Program-made: the position numbers and the translations under genes
In this document: piece by piece, positions 46,700 to 56,725 of the stretch
Layout of the letters: each line of letters opens with the position of its first letter
Numbering within the stretch: position 1 is the first letter of the stretch
NCBI GenBank assembly: GCA_029245725.1
Contig: JAQWOT010000148.1
Location: 50,918 to 114,917, forward strand
DNA from: SAR324 cluster bacterium
GTDB taxonomy: Bacteria > SAR324 > NAC60-12
DNA length: 64,000 nt
Direction of reading: 5' to 3'
The notes under the pieces: model-generated
Databases searched by the model: none
The model's input: the letters and a program-made list of their open reading frames with translations, nothing else
Told to the model about the DNA's origin: nothing

Positions 46700-47689
46700 T
46701 TACATGCCCCAGCGTAGCCCTGCTGTGTGAACAGGTGCATCCCAGAGTCCCAGTAATTCGTCATCAACCAGATTCAGCGTGATCGAGCATCCGGCCATTT
46801 CCAAAGAAGTCACATAATTACCAACCAGTGAGCGGGCAATCGTTATTCCACTTCCAGCCAACTCCTTTTCAACACAGTGGTGCATTAGGTAAAGTTCCAT
46901 CAAAGGAGTTCCCCCAAATCCATTTACCAACAAGATGGCATTGCCCTTGGCCTGATCTCCAAAATCCTTGCGGATAGCTCCAATCATTTCTGCAGCAATA
47001 TCCTTGGCTTCAGCAAGTGCAACTCGTTTTCTTCCTGGTTCACCGTGAATCCCGACCCCCATCTCCATTTCATTTTCACCAATCTGGAAGGTCGGACTGC
47101 CGGCGGCTGGAACCGTACAGCTTGTTAGGGCGACCCCCATTGATCGCATCTGCTGATTGACACGATCCCCCAGAGTCTTCAAGGCTGCCAAGTCTCCACC
47201 TTGCTCTGCTGCAGCACCAACGATCTTCTCGACGATCATGGTTCCTGCGACACCCCGTCGGCCTGTTGAATAAGTTGAAGTCTCCACTGCCACATCGTCG
47301 TCAGTCAATACCGTGGTGACCTCACACTCTGCCATCTCGGCAGCCATCTCGAAGTTCATCACGTCACCTTCGTAGTTCTTGACGATCAGTAGCACCCCAC
47401 CACCACTTTCGGTAGCTTGCATTGCTTCCAGCATTTGATCTGGAGTCGGTGAGGTAAAGACCTGTCCAGGACAGGCAGCATCCAGCATTCCATGCCCAAC
47501 AAAACCACCATGCAGGGGTTCATGACCGCAACCTCCCCCAGAGATCAATACTGGCTTACCAGGCTTGAGTTGCTTGCGGCGTACAAATTTCCCCTCAGCC
47601 CCGAGTTCCAGCAAATCGGCATGTACGGAGACAAAACCACTTAAGCTTTCGGTAAGTACTTGATCGGGGTTATTAATTAATTTTTTCAT
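46700..47689 (-). CDS. dhaK: dihydroxyacetone kinase subunit DhaK
   Basis: Start at MKKLINNPDQ. ISGGGCGHEP loop containing the substrate His. About 330 aa. Confidence 0.85.
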   Translation of the reverse strand: MKKLINNPDQVLTESLSGFVSVHADLLELGAEGKFVRRKQLKPGKPVLISGGGCGHEPLHGGFVGHGMLDAACPGQVFTSPTPDQMLEAMQATESGGGVLLIVKNYEGDVMNFEMAAEMAECEVTTVLTDDDVAVETSTYSTGRRGVAGTMIVEKIVGAAAEQGGDLAALKTLGDRVNQQMRSMGVALTSCTVPAAGSPTFQIGENEMEMGVGIHGEPGRKRVALAEAKDIAAEMIGAIRKDFGDQAKGNAILLVNGFGGTPLMELYLMHHCVEKELAGSGITIARSLVGNYVTSLEMAGCSITLNLVDDELLGLWDAPVHTAGLRWGM

Positions 47690-47737
47690 GGTCTCTCCCA
47701 CTGAAGAAATGAGGATGGGGAACAGATCAGCACGCTT

Positions 47738-48178
47738 TCAGGAGCGCTCAGAAATCTGTAGCAGGTGACTTAACCGACGAGCAGTTTCCAGGATCAGGTC
47801 ATCGAGTTCTTTGTTGGCTTCATCGCTTCCCAGATCTGGCAAGTACAACATCATCCGACGAAAGCGCAGCCCCTCTTGATGCGCCTCATGGTGCTGGTAA
47901 TGTGGACCGTGACGTCTACCAGGGTGTGCCTGGTCGTAGTAGTACAAGAAGTCTCGACGAGCTTTTTCAGAGAAATGGCAAACCTCAAAGATGATATCCA
48001 GATGACGAGCCGGGATGGGTGTGGCGTAGCTGGGATTGGAAATCTGGGAGATAAAACTACGATTCTTGCGCAGCATTGTCGCCAGTCGCTGTCGGGTTCC
48101 AGAAGGGCGATTGCTCAGCATCTCTGCGAGGATCTGCTTATACTGGGCAACCAACTTGGCTTTTAAATCCGTTGTCAT
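47738..48178 (-). CDS. hypothetical protein with an N-terminal HTH (XRE-like)
   Basis: Start at MTTDLKAK, ATGA overlap with the enzyme I stop. TRQRLATMLRKNRSFISQISN resembles an HTH. Lies between ptsI-like and dhaK. Confidence 0.4.
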   Translation of the reverse strand: MTTDLKAKLVAQYKQILAEMLSNRPSGTRQRLATMLRKNRSFISQISNPSYATPIPARHLDIIFEVCHFSEKARRDFLYYYDQAHPGRRHGPHYQHHEAHQEGLRFRRMMLYLPDLGSDEANKELDDLILETARRLSHLLQISERS

Positions 48179-49776
48179 ACCCCCTCCAGATTGGTTTCCC
48201 GAATGGTCCACTTGGTCTTCCCCAAGCGAGCTGGTGCCACTGACAAATTACGCAAGCCTGCTTCCAGTAACTGTGCGATGAAATTCGGATCGCTACCCAT
48301 ATCTCCGCAAAGGCTCAGCTCTTGGCCGGAACAATCGCAATGCTCCACCAATTCTCTAATAACTCGCAAGACTGCTGGATGGCCAGGATCTGCCAGATAT
48401 GCAACATGATGAAGGTCACGGGAACTTGCTGTCAAATATTGAACCAGATCATTACTACCAATCGAAAAAAATGCTGCATCAGTAAACAACTCAGGAGCCA
48501 AGGCTGCGGCGGGGACTTCTACCATCATTCCGAGAACTGGCTTGTGGAATTCGATACCTTCTGTCGTGAGTTCTGCACAAACATCTTCCAACAATTCTCT
48601 GGTTGAATGTAGTTCGTCAGGAACAGTGACCATCGGCACCATTACCTTCAGATTTCCATGAACAGCAGCCCTGCATAGTGCACGGAGTTGAGTGCGGAAG
48701 ACCTCTGGTTGTCGTAGAGAAAGTCGGAGTCCTCGTAAACCAAGAAACGGGTTACTTTCAGCTGGTTGCGCCAGCCCGGGCAGAGGCTTGTCACCACCCG
48801 CATCAAGAGTGCGAATCGTTACTGGCTTTTCTCCAGCCCATTCCAAGAGTTTTCGATAGGATCGGTACTGTGATTCTTCGCTGGGTAGCCCATGATGAAA
48901 CAGAAACTCTGAACGCATCAGGCCGATTCCATCACAATGCGCTGAATTGAGTTTTGCCAATTCTTCTGGCAGCGCCACATTGATCAGCACCTGAACTGCT
49001 GTTCCGTTCACAGTTTTTGCGGGTTGATCCAATACAGTGGCTAGTCGTTCTGCTTCCTCTTTAGCTATTTGAAGCTTATGCTCAAAGGCTTGAGTTTCCT
49101 CTGCGGAAGGATCTACGTGCAGCACACCTTCATACGCATCCAGCAACAATCTGGTTTGATCTGGGAAAGCTCCAAGTGGTAGGTCTTCGATTCCAACTAG
49201 CATCGGCACCCCACGGGAACGTGCTAGCATGGCTACATGACTCGAAGGGCTACCTTCCCGCAAGACCACTCCTCCACCTTTATTCCAATCTAGGCCCAGA
49301 AATCGACTGGGAGTTAAATCCGTTGCGAGCAGGATCGCTCCCTCAGGAATCCCGGCTTCTGTTTCTCCACGTAGGATCCTGAGGACTCGGTCACGAATAT
49401 CGCGTAGGTCACTGGCTCGTGCCTGAAAGTACTCGTCTTCGCTTTGCTCGTAGTCCGTTACATGTTCGTCCAACGTTTGTTGCCAGGCTTCGATCAATGT
49501 CGTACCTGCTGTAAAAGCCTGACATACTGGATCACTGAGTGCTTCATCTTCGAGCATCACAAGCTGGAACTCGAGAATTTCTACCTCTTCTCCCTCGACT
49601 CGCTCCATCAACTCCACCAACTGGCTACTGGCTAACGCCAGGGCTTCTGATAGATCAATCGTGGGTTTCAAGGAGTCAGCAGAACGTCCTACGGCAGACG
49701 CCTCCACCCAGAATGCGGCACCCTGAGCAAGACCAGGAGCTGCACTGATTCCTCTAAGCTGAGGCTGACTGGGCAT
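48175..49776 (-). CDS. ptsI: phosphoenolpyruvate-protein phosphotransferase (PTS enzyme I)
   Basis: Start at MPSQPQL. Phospho-His region GSPSSHVAMLARSRGVPMLVG and a C-terminal PEP-utilising TIM-barrel domain. About 533 aa. Confidence 0.85.
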   Translation of the reverse strand: MPSQPQLRGISAAPGLAQGAAFWVEASAVGRSADSLKPTIDLSEALALASSQLVELMERVEGEEVEILEFQLVMLEDEALSDPVCQAFTAGTTLIEAWQQTLDEHVTDYEQSEDEYFQARASDLRDIRDRVLRILRGETEAGIPEGAILLATDLTPSRFLGLDWNKGGGVVLREGSPSSHVAMLARSRGVPMLVGIEDLPLGAFPDQTRLLLDAYEGVLHVDPSAEETQAFEHKLQIAKEEAERLATVLDQPAKTVNGTAVQVLINVALPEELAKLNSAHCDGIGLMRSEFLFHHGLPSEESQYRSYRKLLEWAGEKPVTIRTLDAGGDKPLPGLAQPAESNPFLGLRGLRLSLRQPEVFRTQLRALCRAAVHGNLKVMVPMVTVPDELHSTRELLEDVCAELTTEGIEFHKPVLGMMVEVPAAALAPELFTDAAFFSIGSNDLVQYLTASSRDLHHVAYLADPGHPAVLRVIRELVEHCDCSGQELSLCGDMGSDPNFIAQLLEAGLRNLSVAPARLGKTKWTIRETNLEGV

Positions 49777-50071
49777 CCTGAGATTCCTCAAAATCCTGAT
49801 TGACCAAATCAATCAAAGCCTCCACTGCAGGCTGAGCATCTGTTCCAGTGGCTCTCAATTGCAGAATGGTTCCCTGCGGCATCTTGGCTCCCATCACCTT
49901 GACAATACTTTTGGCATCGATCCACGGCCCCTCAGAGTCAGCAGCGATTTCAATCTGTGCCGAGAAGCGCTTGGCGAGCTTGGTCAACTTGACAGAGGGC
50001 CGAGCATGTAGACCTACATCATGAGTAATTTCTACCGCACCCTCAGAAGTCCAGGTATTTTCTTCAGTCAT
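49754..50071 (-). CDS. HPr-like phosphocarrier protein
   Basis: GLHARPS phospho-His motif. 105 aa. 23-nt overlap with the enzyme I start. Confidence 0.7.
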   Translation of the reverse strand: MTEENTWTSEGAVEITHDVGLHARPSVKLTKLAKRFSAQIEIAADSEGPWIDAKSIVKVMGAKMPQGTILQLRATGTDAQPAVEALIDLVNQDFEESQDAQSASA

Positions 50072-50077
50072 GCCCCC

Positions 50078-50458
50078 TCACATTTCTTCTGCTGAGCTTT
50101 TGACTTCTTCCAGGCTTGCACCGCCAGATGCTTCCGAAGCTGCTATGACACTCCCTTCGACAATCGGCGCATTGCAGATCACTACCTTCTTTTGTCTTTC
50201 GGCAGGTAGCATTTCAATCGCCATTTCGCTATTCGTTTCAGCACCACCAAGATCAACCATTACGGCTACTCCAGAATCTGACCATGCTTTAGAGATGGCT
50301 TCCATGATTGCTTCCACACTTGTCCCCAAACCACCGTCAGGGTTGCCACCACACCAGGCAAGAGGAACTTCATCTCCCACCATCTGTAGCACCATTTCAG
50401 CCGTACCCGCAGCGACCCACTGAGAATGCGAAACGATCACAATGCCCACGTTACTCAT
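50078..50458 (-). CDS. dhaM: DhaM phosphotransferase subunit, EIIA(Man)-like domain
   Basis: IVIVSHS phospho-His motif typical of the DhaM N-domain. 126 aa. Separated from the HPr ORF by 6 nt. Confidence 0.7.
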   Translation of the reverse strand: MSNVGIVIVSHSQWVAAGTAEMVLQMVGDEVPLAWCGGNPDGGLGTSVEAIMEAISKAWSDSGVAVMVDLGGAETNSEMAIEMLPAERQKKVVICNAPIVEGSVIAASEASGGASLEEVKSSAEEM

Positions 50459-51081
50459 GATTTCTCTTCCAGAAGTTGACAGATAGTTTGAATTATCAAT
50501 GTAGAGGAACAGGCCCCAGGGTCCATGTGTCCAATCGAGCGATCACCCAGGAAAGAAGCCCGTCCACGAGTTGCTTTCATTGGAATTGTGGCTTCTGCGG
50601 CTTGCTGGGCAATGGCAGAGATCTCTGCCATTGATTTATTTGCTTCCAAGGCTTGCTGAACTGGAGCCAACACATCTAACATGGTCTTGGCTCCAAGATC
50701 TGCTTTTCCTCGTTTCTTCAAAGCTTCGATGGATGCCACAAGCATCTGACTCAATTTCGCAGAATCCAACTCATCGTCAGTGGGCCATTCCTTACCCAGC
50801 GTCATCGCTAGAGTGCCGTAGAGTGGACCAGAGGCCCCCCCAACTTTCATCACCATGGTCATTCCCACTGCTTTAAGGGTCTCAGCTGGTGGTTTGGCTG
50901 TGATATTGTCCAAATCAGCGAGCACGTTCTCCAGGCCTCTCTTCATATTGATGCCATGATCGCCATCACCAATAGCTTGATCCAAAACCGTGAGGTGTTC
51001 AGCCTGGGCAATCACTGCTTCTGCAGTTCCTTGAAGTAACGATCTAAGTAAGTCTGGAGTCATCTGTAGCTTCTCCATCAA
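50455..51081 (-). CDS. dhaL: dihydroxyacetone kinase ADP-binding subunit DhaL
   Basis: IGDGDHGINMKRG motif. 208 aa. Confidence 0.85.
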   Translation of the reverse strand: MMEKLQMTPDLLRSLLQGTAEAVIAQAEHLTVLDQAIGDGDHGINMKRGLENVLADLDNITAKPPAETLKAVGMTMVMKVGGASGPLYGTLAMTLGKEWPTDDELDSAKLSQMLVASIEALKKRGKADLGAKTMLDVLAPVQQALEANKSMAEISAIAQQAAEATIPMKATRGRASFLGDRSIGHMDPGACSSTLIIQTICQLLEEKS

Positions 51082-51093
51082 GTTGCCTTGCCT

Positions 51094-52119
51094 TCAGGCA
51101 GACAAACGATTTCCAGATTGGTCAAAGAAAAGAGGTTGCACCAATTCAAGGGCTACCCCGTCACCTTCCTTCAGCAAAGTTGCTGGATCTGCCAGCAAGG
51201 TGAGATCTTGTCCTGCACAGAGCAGATGCAGGTAAGTCTGGTCGCCAAGATATTCAACACGTTGCACTTGGGCTGGTACAGTGGCCTTGGTCTGCTTATC
51301 TACAGAATGCAACTGAACATGGTCTGTCCGCAATCCAAGCTGTGTGGTGTTGGCAGGAGCATGTACGGGCCATTCACTGCTCAATGGAACGAGATTGATC
51401 GAGGGTTGACCCAATCGCTCAGCCACATAGGTGTTGTTTGGCTGTTCAAAAATTTCCTTGGGCGTGCCCAGTTGTACCAGTTCCCCCTCTCGGAGCACTC
51501 CAATGCGATCAGCCAGAGTCATTGCTTCCACCTGGTCGTGGGTCACATAAAGGATCGTTGCCCCAAGATTCTGTTGAATGTGCTTCAGCTCCACTCGCAG
51601 TTCAGTTCGCAGCTTCGCATCCAGGGAAGAGAGCGGTTCATCCATCAGATAGATGGTTGGCTTTCGTACCAGTGCCCGTCCTATCGCGACGCGTTGCATC
51701 TCTCCACCGGACAAGGCCGTTGCTTTATTTTCAAGCTTGTGGTTAATCTGCACCATCTTCGCTATTTCCTCAACCCGACTGGCAACAGCGTCTTCAGAAA
51801 GGCCGGATACTGGCGAGCGAAGCGGGAAGCTCAAATTGTCTCGAACCGTCAAGTGTGGGTACAAAGAGTATTGCTGGAAAACAAACGCAACATCTCTTTC
51901 AGCAGGTTGAGACTTCGTCATGTCCAGACCATTGATCCGAATACTCCCAGAATCTGCCTCCTCCAATCCAGCAATCAAACGGAGAGTGGTTGTTTTGCCA
52001 GCTCCCGAAGGGCCCAACAAAACAACCAGTTCTCCATCTCCAATGGTCAACTCGAAGTTGTTGATTGCAAGCGTGTCCCCGAAGCGCTTCTGTATTCCCT
52101 GGAGAGCTATCTCAGCCAT
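51094..52119 (-). CDS. ABC transporter ATP-binding protein (MalK-type; second ATPase of the system)
   Basis: Start at MAEIALQG. GPSGAGKTT, LSGGEMQR. Confidence 0.85.
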   Translation of the reverse strand: MAEIALQGIQKRFGDTLAINNFELTIGDGELVVLLGPSGAGKTTTLRLIAGLEEADSGSIRINGLDMTKSQPAERDVAFVFQQYSLYPHLTVRDNLSFPLRSPVSGLSEDAVASRVEEIAKMVQINHKLENKATALSGGEMQRVAIGRALVRKPTIYLMDEPLSSLDAKLRTELRVELKHIQQNLGATILYVTHDQVEAMTLADRIGVLREGELVQLGTPKEIFEQPNNTYVAERLGQPSINLVPLSSEWPVHAPANTTQLGLRTDHVQLHSVDKQTKATVPAQVQRVEYLGDQTYLHLLCAGQDLTLLADPATLLKEGDGVALELVQPLFFDQSGNRLSA

Positions 52120-53206
52120 GAGCAACCTCCATGGACAGTGCTTTTCCATCACTCTTATCAAATAGAGAGGCCCTCTGAGCAGCAAAATTCAATCGCACTG
52201 ATTGCCCTTCTCCAAATGAATGAGTGCTACGAACGCGAGAAAGTGCTTGTCCATAAGGAGTCTGGATCATCAGGATCTGGGTAGTTCCCATGTATTCCAC
52301 GGCACTGATTTCTCCCGGCAGGGGGCCTTTCTGCTCTGGAAGTATGTGTTCCGGGCGAACACCCAAGACAAGATTGCCAGCTTGAACACCCTGTATTGAC
52401 GCAGGACAACGAAGTGTTCCACAGCTGTTACCTGGCAAAGTGATCTCCGTTTGTCCAGGCTCCAGAGCATTGGGCAACGTGAGCAAATTCATCGGTGGTG
52501 ATCCGATAAAACCAGCAACATACATGGTTGATGGTGTATTGTAGATCTCGCTTGGTGTCCCCAACTGCTCAATCACACCATGATTCATCACCGCAATCCG
52601 GTCAGCCATGGCCATCGCCTCCAGTTGGTCATGCGTGACGTAAGCCGTCGTTGCCTCAATTCGGTCATGCAATCCCTTCAGTTCCTGGCACATCAAATTA
52701 CGAAATTCAGCATCAAGAGCACCAAGAGGTTCATCCATCAGGAAGGCTTTAGGGCGACGAATGATAGCTCTTCCGAGAGCTACGCGTTGACGATCACCAC
52801 CAGATAGCCCTGAGACAGAACGATTCAGCAGATGATCGATTCTCAGTAGACGAGCCGCTTCTTCAACTCGCAGCTTGATTTCTGAAGAAGGAGTCCCAAT
52901 GCACTTTAATGGGAAAGCCAGATTCTTCCGCACATTCATGTGGGGATAGAGCGCAAACAACTGGAAGACAAAAGCAATGTCTCTTTGAGACGCTGGCAGG
53001 AAGGTGACTTCTTCCTGATCAAGCCGAATCTCACCAGAAGTGGGCAACTCCAGTCCAGCAATCATCCGCAACGTCGTTGTTTTCCCACACCCAGAGGGCC
53101 CCAACATCACGAAGAATTCACCGTTTTGAATCGTGAAGCTGGAGTCTTGGACCGCAACGAAATCCCCGAAGGATTTTTTCAGGCGACTGACTTGAATCTC
53201 GGCCAT
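52112..53206 (-). CDS. ABC transporter ATP-binding protein (MalK-type; first ATPase of the system)
   Basis: GPSGCGKTT, LSGGDRQR, TOBE-like C-terminus. Confidence 0.9.
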   Translation of the reverse strand: MAEIQVSRLKKSFGDFVAVQDSSFTIQNGEFFVMLGPSGCGKTTTLRMIAGLELPTSGEIRLDQEEVTFLPASQRDIAFVFQLFALYPHMNVRKNLAFPLKCIGTPSSEIKLRVEEAARLLRIDHLLNRSVSGLSGGDRQRVALGRAIIRRPKAFLMDEPLGALDAEFRNLMCQELKGLHDRIEATTAYVTHDQLEAMAMADRIAVMNHGVIEQLGTPSEIYNTPSTMYVAGFIGSPPMNLLTLPNALEPGQTEITLPGNSCGTLRCPASIQGVQAGNLVLGVRPEHILPEQKGPLPGEISAVEYMGTTQILMIQTPYGQALSRVRSTHSFGEGQSVRLNFAAQRASLFDKSDGKALSMEVAHG

Positions 53207-53209
53207 TTG

Positions 53210-53404
53210 CTATTCCGGGAAGTGGCTCACGATAATGAACAAAACGGTGCCTGTGAGGATCACCACGAAGGAGTAGGTGTAAAGCACTAGCAAAAAGGGC
53301 TGCATCAACATCACCACCCCAAGCAGGATGATCACTGTAGCAATCCACTCCCAAAAATTTCTTCGAAAGTAGCGCTGAAGGCTCGATGTTGTGTTCTCTG
53401 ACAT
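53210..53404 (-). CDS. small integral membrane protein, DUF2160-like (GlpU-like)
   Basis: 64 aa, two TM helices, between the ATPase and permease genes. Placement and size match the DUF2160 component of rhizobial glycerol ABC transporters (glpSTPQUV). Recalled, not verified. Confidence 0.5.
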   Translation of the reverse strand: MSENTTSSLQRYFRRNFWEWIATVIILLGVVMLMQPFLLVLYTYSFVVILTGTVLFIIVSHFPE

Positions 53405-53415
53405 CAGGCTCCTCT

Positions 53416-54354
53416 TTATTTGCGGACGGCGCCGAAAGTGATTCCACGTAGCAGATGCTTGCGGAGCATGATCGTGAAGAACACGATGGGTACCAGAAAG
53501 AGTGTTGCGCCAGCTGCTACTGCAGGCCAGTCTAGCCCTCCTTCCCCAATGATAGTTGGAATAAAAGGTGGTGCCGTCTGAGCGGTGCCTGAAGTTAGTA
53601 AGAGGGCAAAGGCATATTCATTCCAACTGAAGATCAAACAGAAGATCGCAGTTGCGGCTATACCTGTAGTTGCCTGGGGCAAGACCACTTTACGGAAAGA
53701 CTGGAAACGAGAGTAGCCATCGATCATCGCAGCTTCCTCATATTCCCGTGGAATCTCATCAATAAAGCCCTTCAGAAGCCAGACTGCCAAGGAGATGTTG
53801 ACAGCCGTATAGAGCAGGATCATTCCTAGGTGCGTGTCTGCCAAACCCAACTTGCGATACATCAGGAAGATGGGAATCGCCACAGCGATTGGCGGCATCA
53901 TCCGGGTAGAGAGGATGAAAAACATCAGGTCATCTTTGAGCGGGATCTTAAAGCGTGAGAATGCATAGGCCGCCAGGGTTCCCAAGAAGACCGAAAGAAA
54001 CGTAGAACCGAAGCCAATGATGATAGAATTGAGGAATCGCTGACCAAATTTGGAAGGGCCTGCGATCACCATGCTTCGTGAACGAACCAACTCATCGTAC
54101 CAGGTTTCTGGAGGCGGCAATGTTTCCATGTACTCTGGAGTTTGCCGAGTTCGGGTAGTGAAGACGTTTACATAGCCTTCCATGGTTGGGGAGAACACCA
54201 TCTTTGGAGGATAGCTGATCGAATCCGGGGGAGACTTGAAGCCAGTTAGGAAGATCCAAATCAGTGGGATGATGCTGACCAATGCATACACAATGACTAA
54301 TCCAGCAGCTAATCGCTTGCCCCAGAGCTTTTCGTGTGGAGGTGTGGAACTCAT
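53416..54354 (-). CDS. ABC permease (UgpE/MalG-like)
   Basis: Start at MSSTPPHEK (ATGA overlap with the upstream permease). EAA loop YEEAAMIDGYSRFQSFRKVVLP. Confidence 0.85.
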   Translation of the reverse strand: MSSTPPHEKLWGKRLAAGLVIVYALVSIIPLIWIFLTGFKSPPDSISYPPKMVFSPTMEGYVNVFTTRTRQTPEYMETLPPPETWYDELVRSRSMVIAGPSKFGQRFLNSIIIGFGSTFLSVFLGTLAAYAFSRFKIPLKDDLMFFILSTRMMPPIAVAIPIFLMYRKLGLADTHLGMILLYTAVNISLAVWLLKGFIDEIPREYEEAAMIDGYSRFQSFRKVVLPQATTGIAATAIFCLIFSWNEYAFALLLTSGTAQTAPPFIPTIIGEGGLDWPAVAAGATLFLVPIVFFTIMLRKHLLRGITFGAVRK

Positions 54355-55313
54355 CGTTGCTTCACTGCATTGAGAGCTTTGACGTAGATGTTCGCCACGC
54401 CAAAGACCGTCACAAAAAGGATAATGGCAAAAGCTGAAGAGTAGCCAGTCCGCCACTTCTCAAAGGCCTCTCGCTTCAAGTTGATTGAAGCCAGTTCGGT
54501 CACTGATCCTGGACCACCGTTGGTCAATTCCACCACGAGGTCAAACATCTTGAAGTTCTCAATTGCTCGAAACAACACGGCCAACATCAAGAAAGGTAGA
54601 ACCATCGGGACTGTAATCGACCAGAATTGACGCCACTTTGAGGCCCGATCGACTTCTGCTGCCTCATAGATATAATCAGGAATCGAACGCAGCCCAGCCA
54701 AGCAAATCAGCATGATGTATGGTGTCCACATCCAGGTATCAACGATCACAATAGACCAGGGTGCCAAATTGACATCCCCCAGCATCTGAAAAGACGAAGG
54801 ATCTGCACCTGTGAAGAAAGCAATGATGTAATTGAAAAGCCCAATCTGGGGTTGATAGAGAAAGCGCCAGAAATTTCCCACTACTGCCGGCGAAAGCATC
54901 ATCGGCAGCAAGATCAGCGTGGTCCAGAAAGAGTGTCCTTTGAATTGCTTGTTCAGTAGCCAAGCTAGGCCAAAGCCAAGTAGTACCTGCAGCAGCATCG
55001 TCCAAATCAGAAAATGTGCGGTCGTCTGCAAGGTGATCCAGATATCTGCATCACCCAGCACACGCTCGTAGTTCCTGAGCCCAATGAACTTTTCACCGCG
55101 GGCAGCACGGTTAGCTTTGTAATTGGTAAAGGACAGTTGGATGGTCCAGATCAACGGGAAAATGTTGATCGCCAACAACAGTAGAATGGTTGGAGTCACA
55201 AAGAGCCAGGCAATGGCTCGATCTGATAGTCCTCTTACCTGTCTGACAACGGGCGCAGGTGTAGCAACAGCTGCAGAGGTGACAATTTTTTGGAGTATAG
55301 AAGGACGAGACAT
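54351..55313 (-). CDS. ABC permease (UgpA/MalF-like)
   Basis: Start at MSRPS (ATG). EAA loop YEAAEVDRASKWRQFWSITVP. Confidence 0.85.
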   Translation of the reverse strand: MSRPSILQKIVTSAAVATPAPVVRQVRGLSDRAIAWLFVTPTILLLLAINIFPLIWTIQLSFTNYKANRAARGEKFIGLRNYERVLGDADIWITLQTTAHFLIWTMLLQVLLGFGLAWLLNKQFKGHSFWTTLILLPMMLSPAVVGNFWRFLYQPQIGLFNYIIAFFTGADPSSFQMLGDVNLAPWSIVIVDTWMWTPYIMLICLAGLRSIPDYIYEAAEVDRASKWRQFWSITVPMVLPFLMLAVLFRAIENFKMFDLVVELTNGGPGSVTELASINLKREAFEKWRTGYSSAFAIILFVTVFGVANIYVKALNAVKQR

Positions 55314-55384
55314 CGGGCTCCTTTTAAACACAACTGGTCACAGGAATTCACTGTTATTTACAGTTGAATTCCTGTGAATTCATC

Positions 55385-56725
55385 CTAGAGCTTGCCTTCG
55401 TCTTCAAAGGTCTCTGTCCAGTCTTCAATCAGCTTGTCGAGTGCTTCCTGAGCGGTTCCTTGATCAGCCACCACAAAGTCATGCACACGCTTCTGCATCG
55501 CCAACAGCAGCTCTGCGTAAGCAGGCTCCTGCCAGAAATCCTGAACTCCGTCCATCGCCTTCAGGAAGTCTGCAGCAAACGGCTGGGTGTTGGCAAAGCC
55601 CGGATCCAAAAGAACAGACTTATGGCAGGAGTATCCACCCAATGACCACCACTTCTTCTGAACTTCAGGAGAAGCGAACCACTTGATGTACTCCAAGGCC
55701 TGATCTTTGTTCTCGGAGTAGGAAACCACAGAGATTCCCTGCCCACCCAATGTAGAAGCTTCCACTTTTTGACCTGGATTCACGAAGAAACCGATCTTGT
55801 CACCGCCAACCACAGGATCTTTGTGGAGCCCGGGGAAGAAGGCGAACCAGTTCATCATCATGGCAACTTGCCCGGACTTGAAAGCATCTAGTCCTTCTTC
55901 CATGTAGCTATCGGTGTAGCCTGGAGGAGTACAGCACTTGTAGAGATCCTTGTAGAATTCCAACGCTGCTACAGCGTCTGGTGAATTAACAAAGCCTTCC
56001 ATGTCATAAGGCTTGTTTGGATTCTGGTACTGGAAACCCCAGGAGTAGAGAGCACCAGTCGCACCCATGGTGATTCCCTCAGATCCACGTTCGGTGAAAA
56101 TCGCAGCGCCATAGACACGCTTCCCATCGATATCTCGCCCCTGGAAGAACTCACCAATGTCTTTCATCTCTGTCCAGGTCTTTGGCGGCTCCAGATCACG
56201 TCCGTACTTAGACTTGAATTCTGAACGTAGTGCTGGCCGTGAGAACCAGTCCTCTCGGTAGACCCAGCCATTGGCATCACCCATCGCTGGCAGAGCCCAG
56301 TAGTTGGGGCTTCCTTTTGGCCAGGTGGAGTAGGCGTAAACGGTTGCCGGCAGGAAGTCATCCATTGAAATGCCTTCCTTATCAAAGAAGCTGTTTAGCT
56401 TAACATAGTGTCCGTTCTCAGCAGAACCACCAATCCACTGACTGTCTCCAATAAGTAGGTCACAGAGTTTACCGCCGGAGTTCAGTTCGTTTAGCATTCG
56501 GTCAGCATAATTGGGCCAGGGCACGAACTCAAAATTCATTTCGATTCCGCTCTGGGCTGTGAAGTCCTTGGACATCTCAACCAAAGCGTTTGCAGGGTCC
56601 CACGCTGCCCAGCAAAGAGTGAGGCTTTGGGCTTGAGCCTTCTGGCTTGGCGCTGCCATGACCGTCAGCGCCAGTGTAGCGCCAGCTGCGGTCTGCAGCA
56701 TTGACTTGATCCATCCCTTTTTCAT
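55385..56725 (-). CDS. ABC transporter solute-binding protein (carbohydrate/polyol, GlpV-like)
   Basis: Signal peptide, 446 aa. First gene of a seven-gene minus-strand transporter cluster. Confidence 0.8.
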   Translation of the reverse strand: MKKGWIKSMLQTAAGATLALTVMAAPSQKAQAQSLTLCWAAWDPANALVEMSKDFTAQSGIEMNFEFVPWPNYADRMLNELNSGGKLCDLLIGDSQWIGGSAENGHYVKLNSFFDKEGISMDDFLPATVYAYSTWPKGSPNYWALPAMGDANGWVYREDWFSRPALRSEFKSKYGRDLEPPKTWTEMKDIGEFFQGRDIDGKRVYGAAIFTERGSEGITMGATGALYSWGFQYQNPNKPYDMEGFVNSPDAVAALEFYKDLYKCCTPPGYTDSYMEEGLDAFKSGQVAMMMNWFAFFPGLHKDPVVGGDKIGFFVNPGQKVEASTLGGQGISVVSYSENKDQALEYIKWFASPEVQKKWWSLGGYSCHKSVLLDPGFANTQPFAADFLKAMDGVQDFWQEPAYAELLLAMQKRVHDFVVADQGTAQEALDKLIEDWTETFEDEGKL

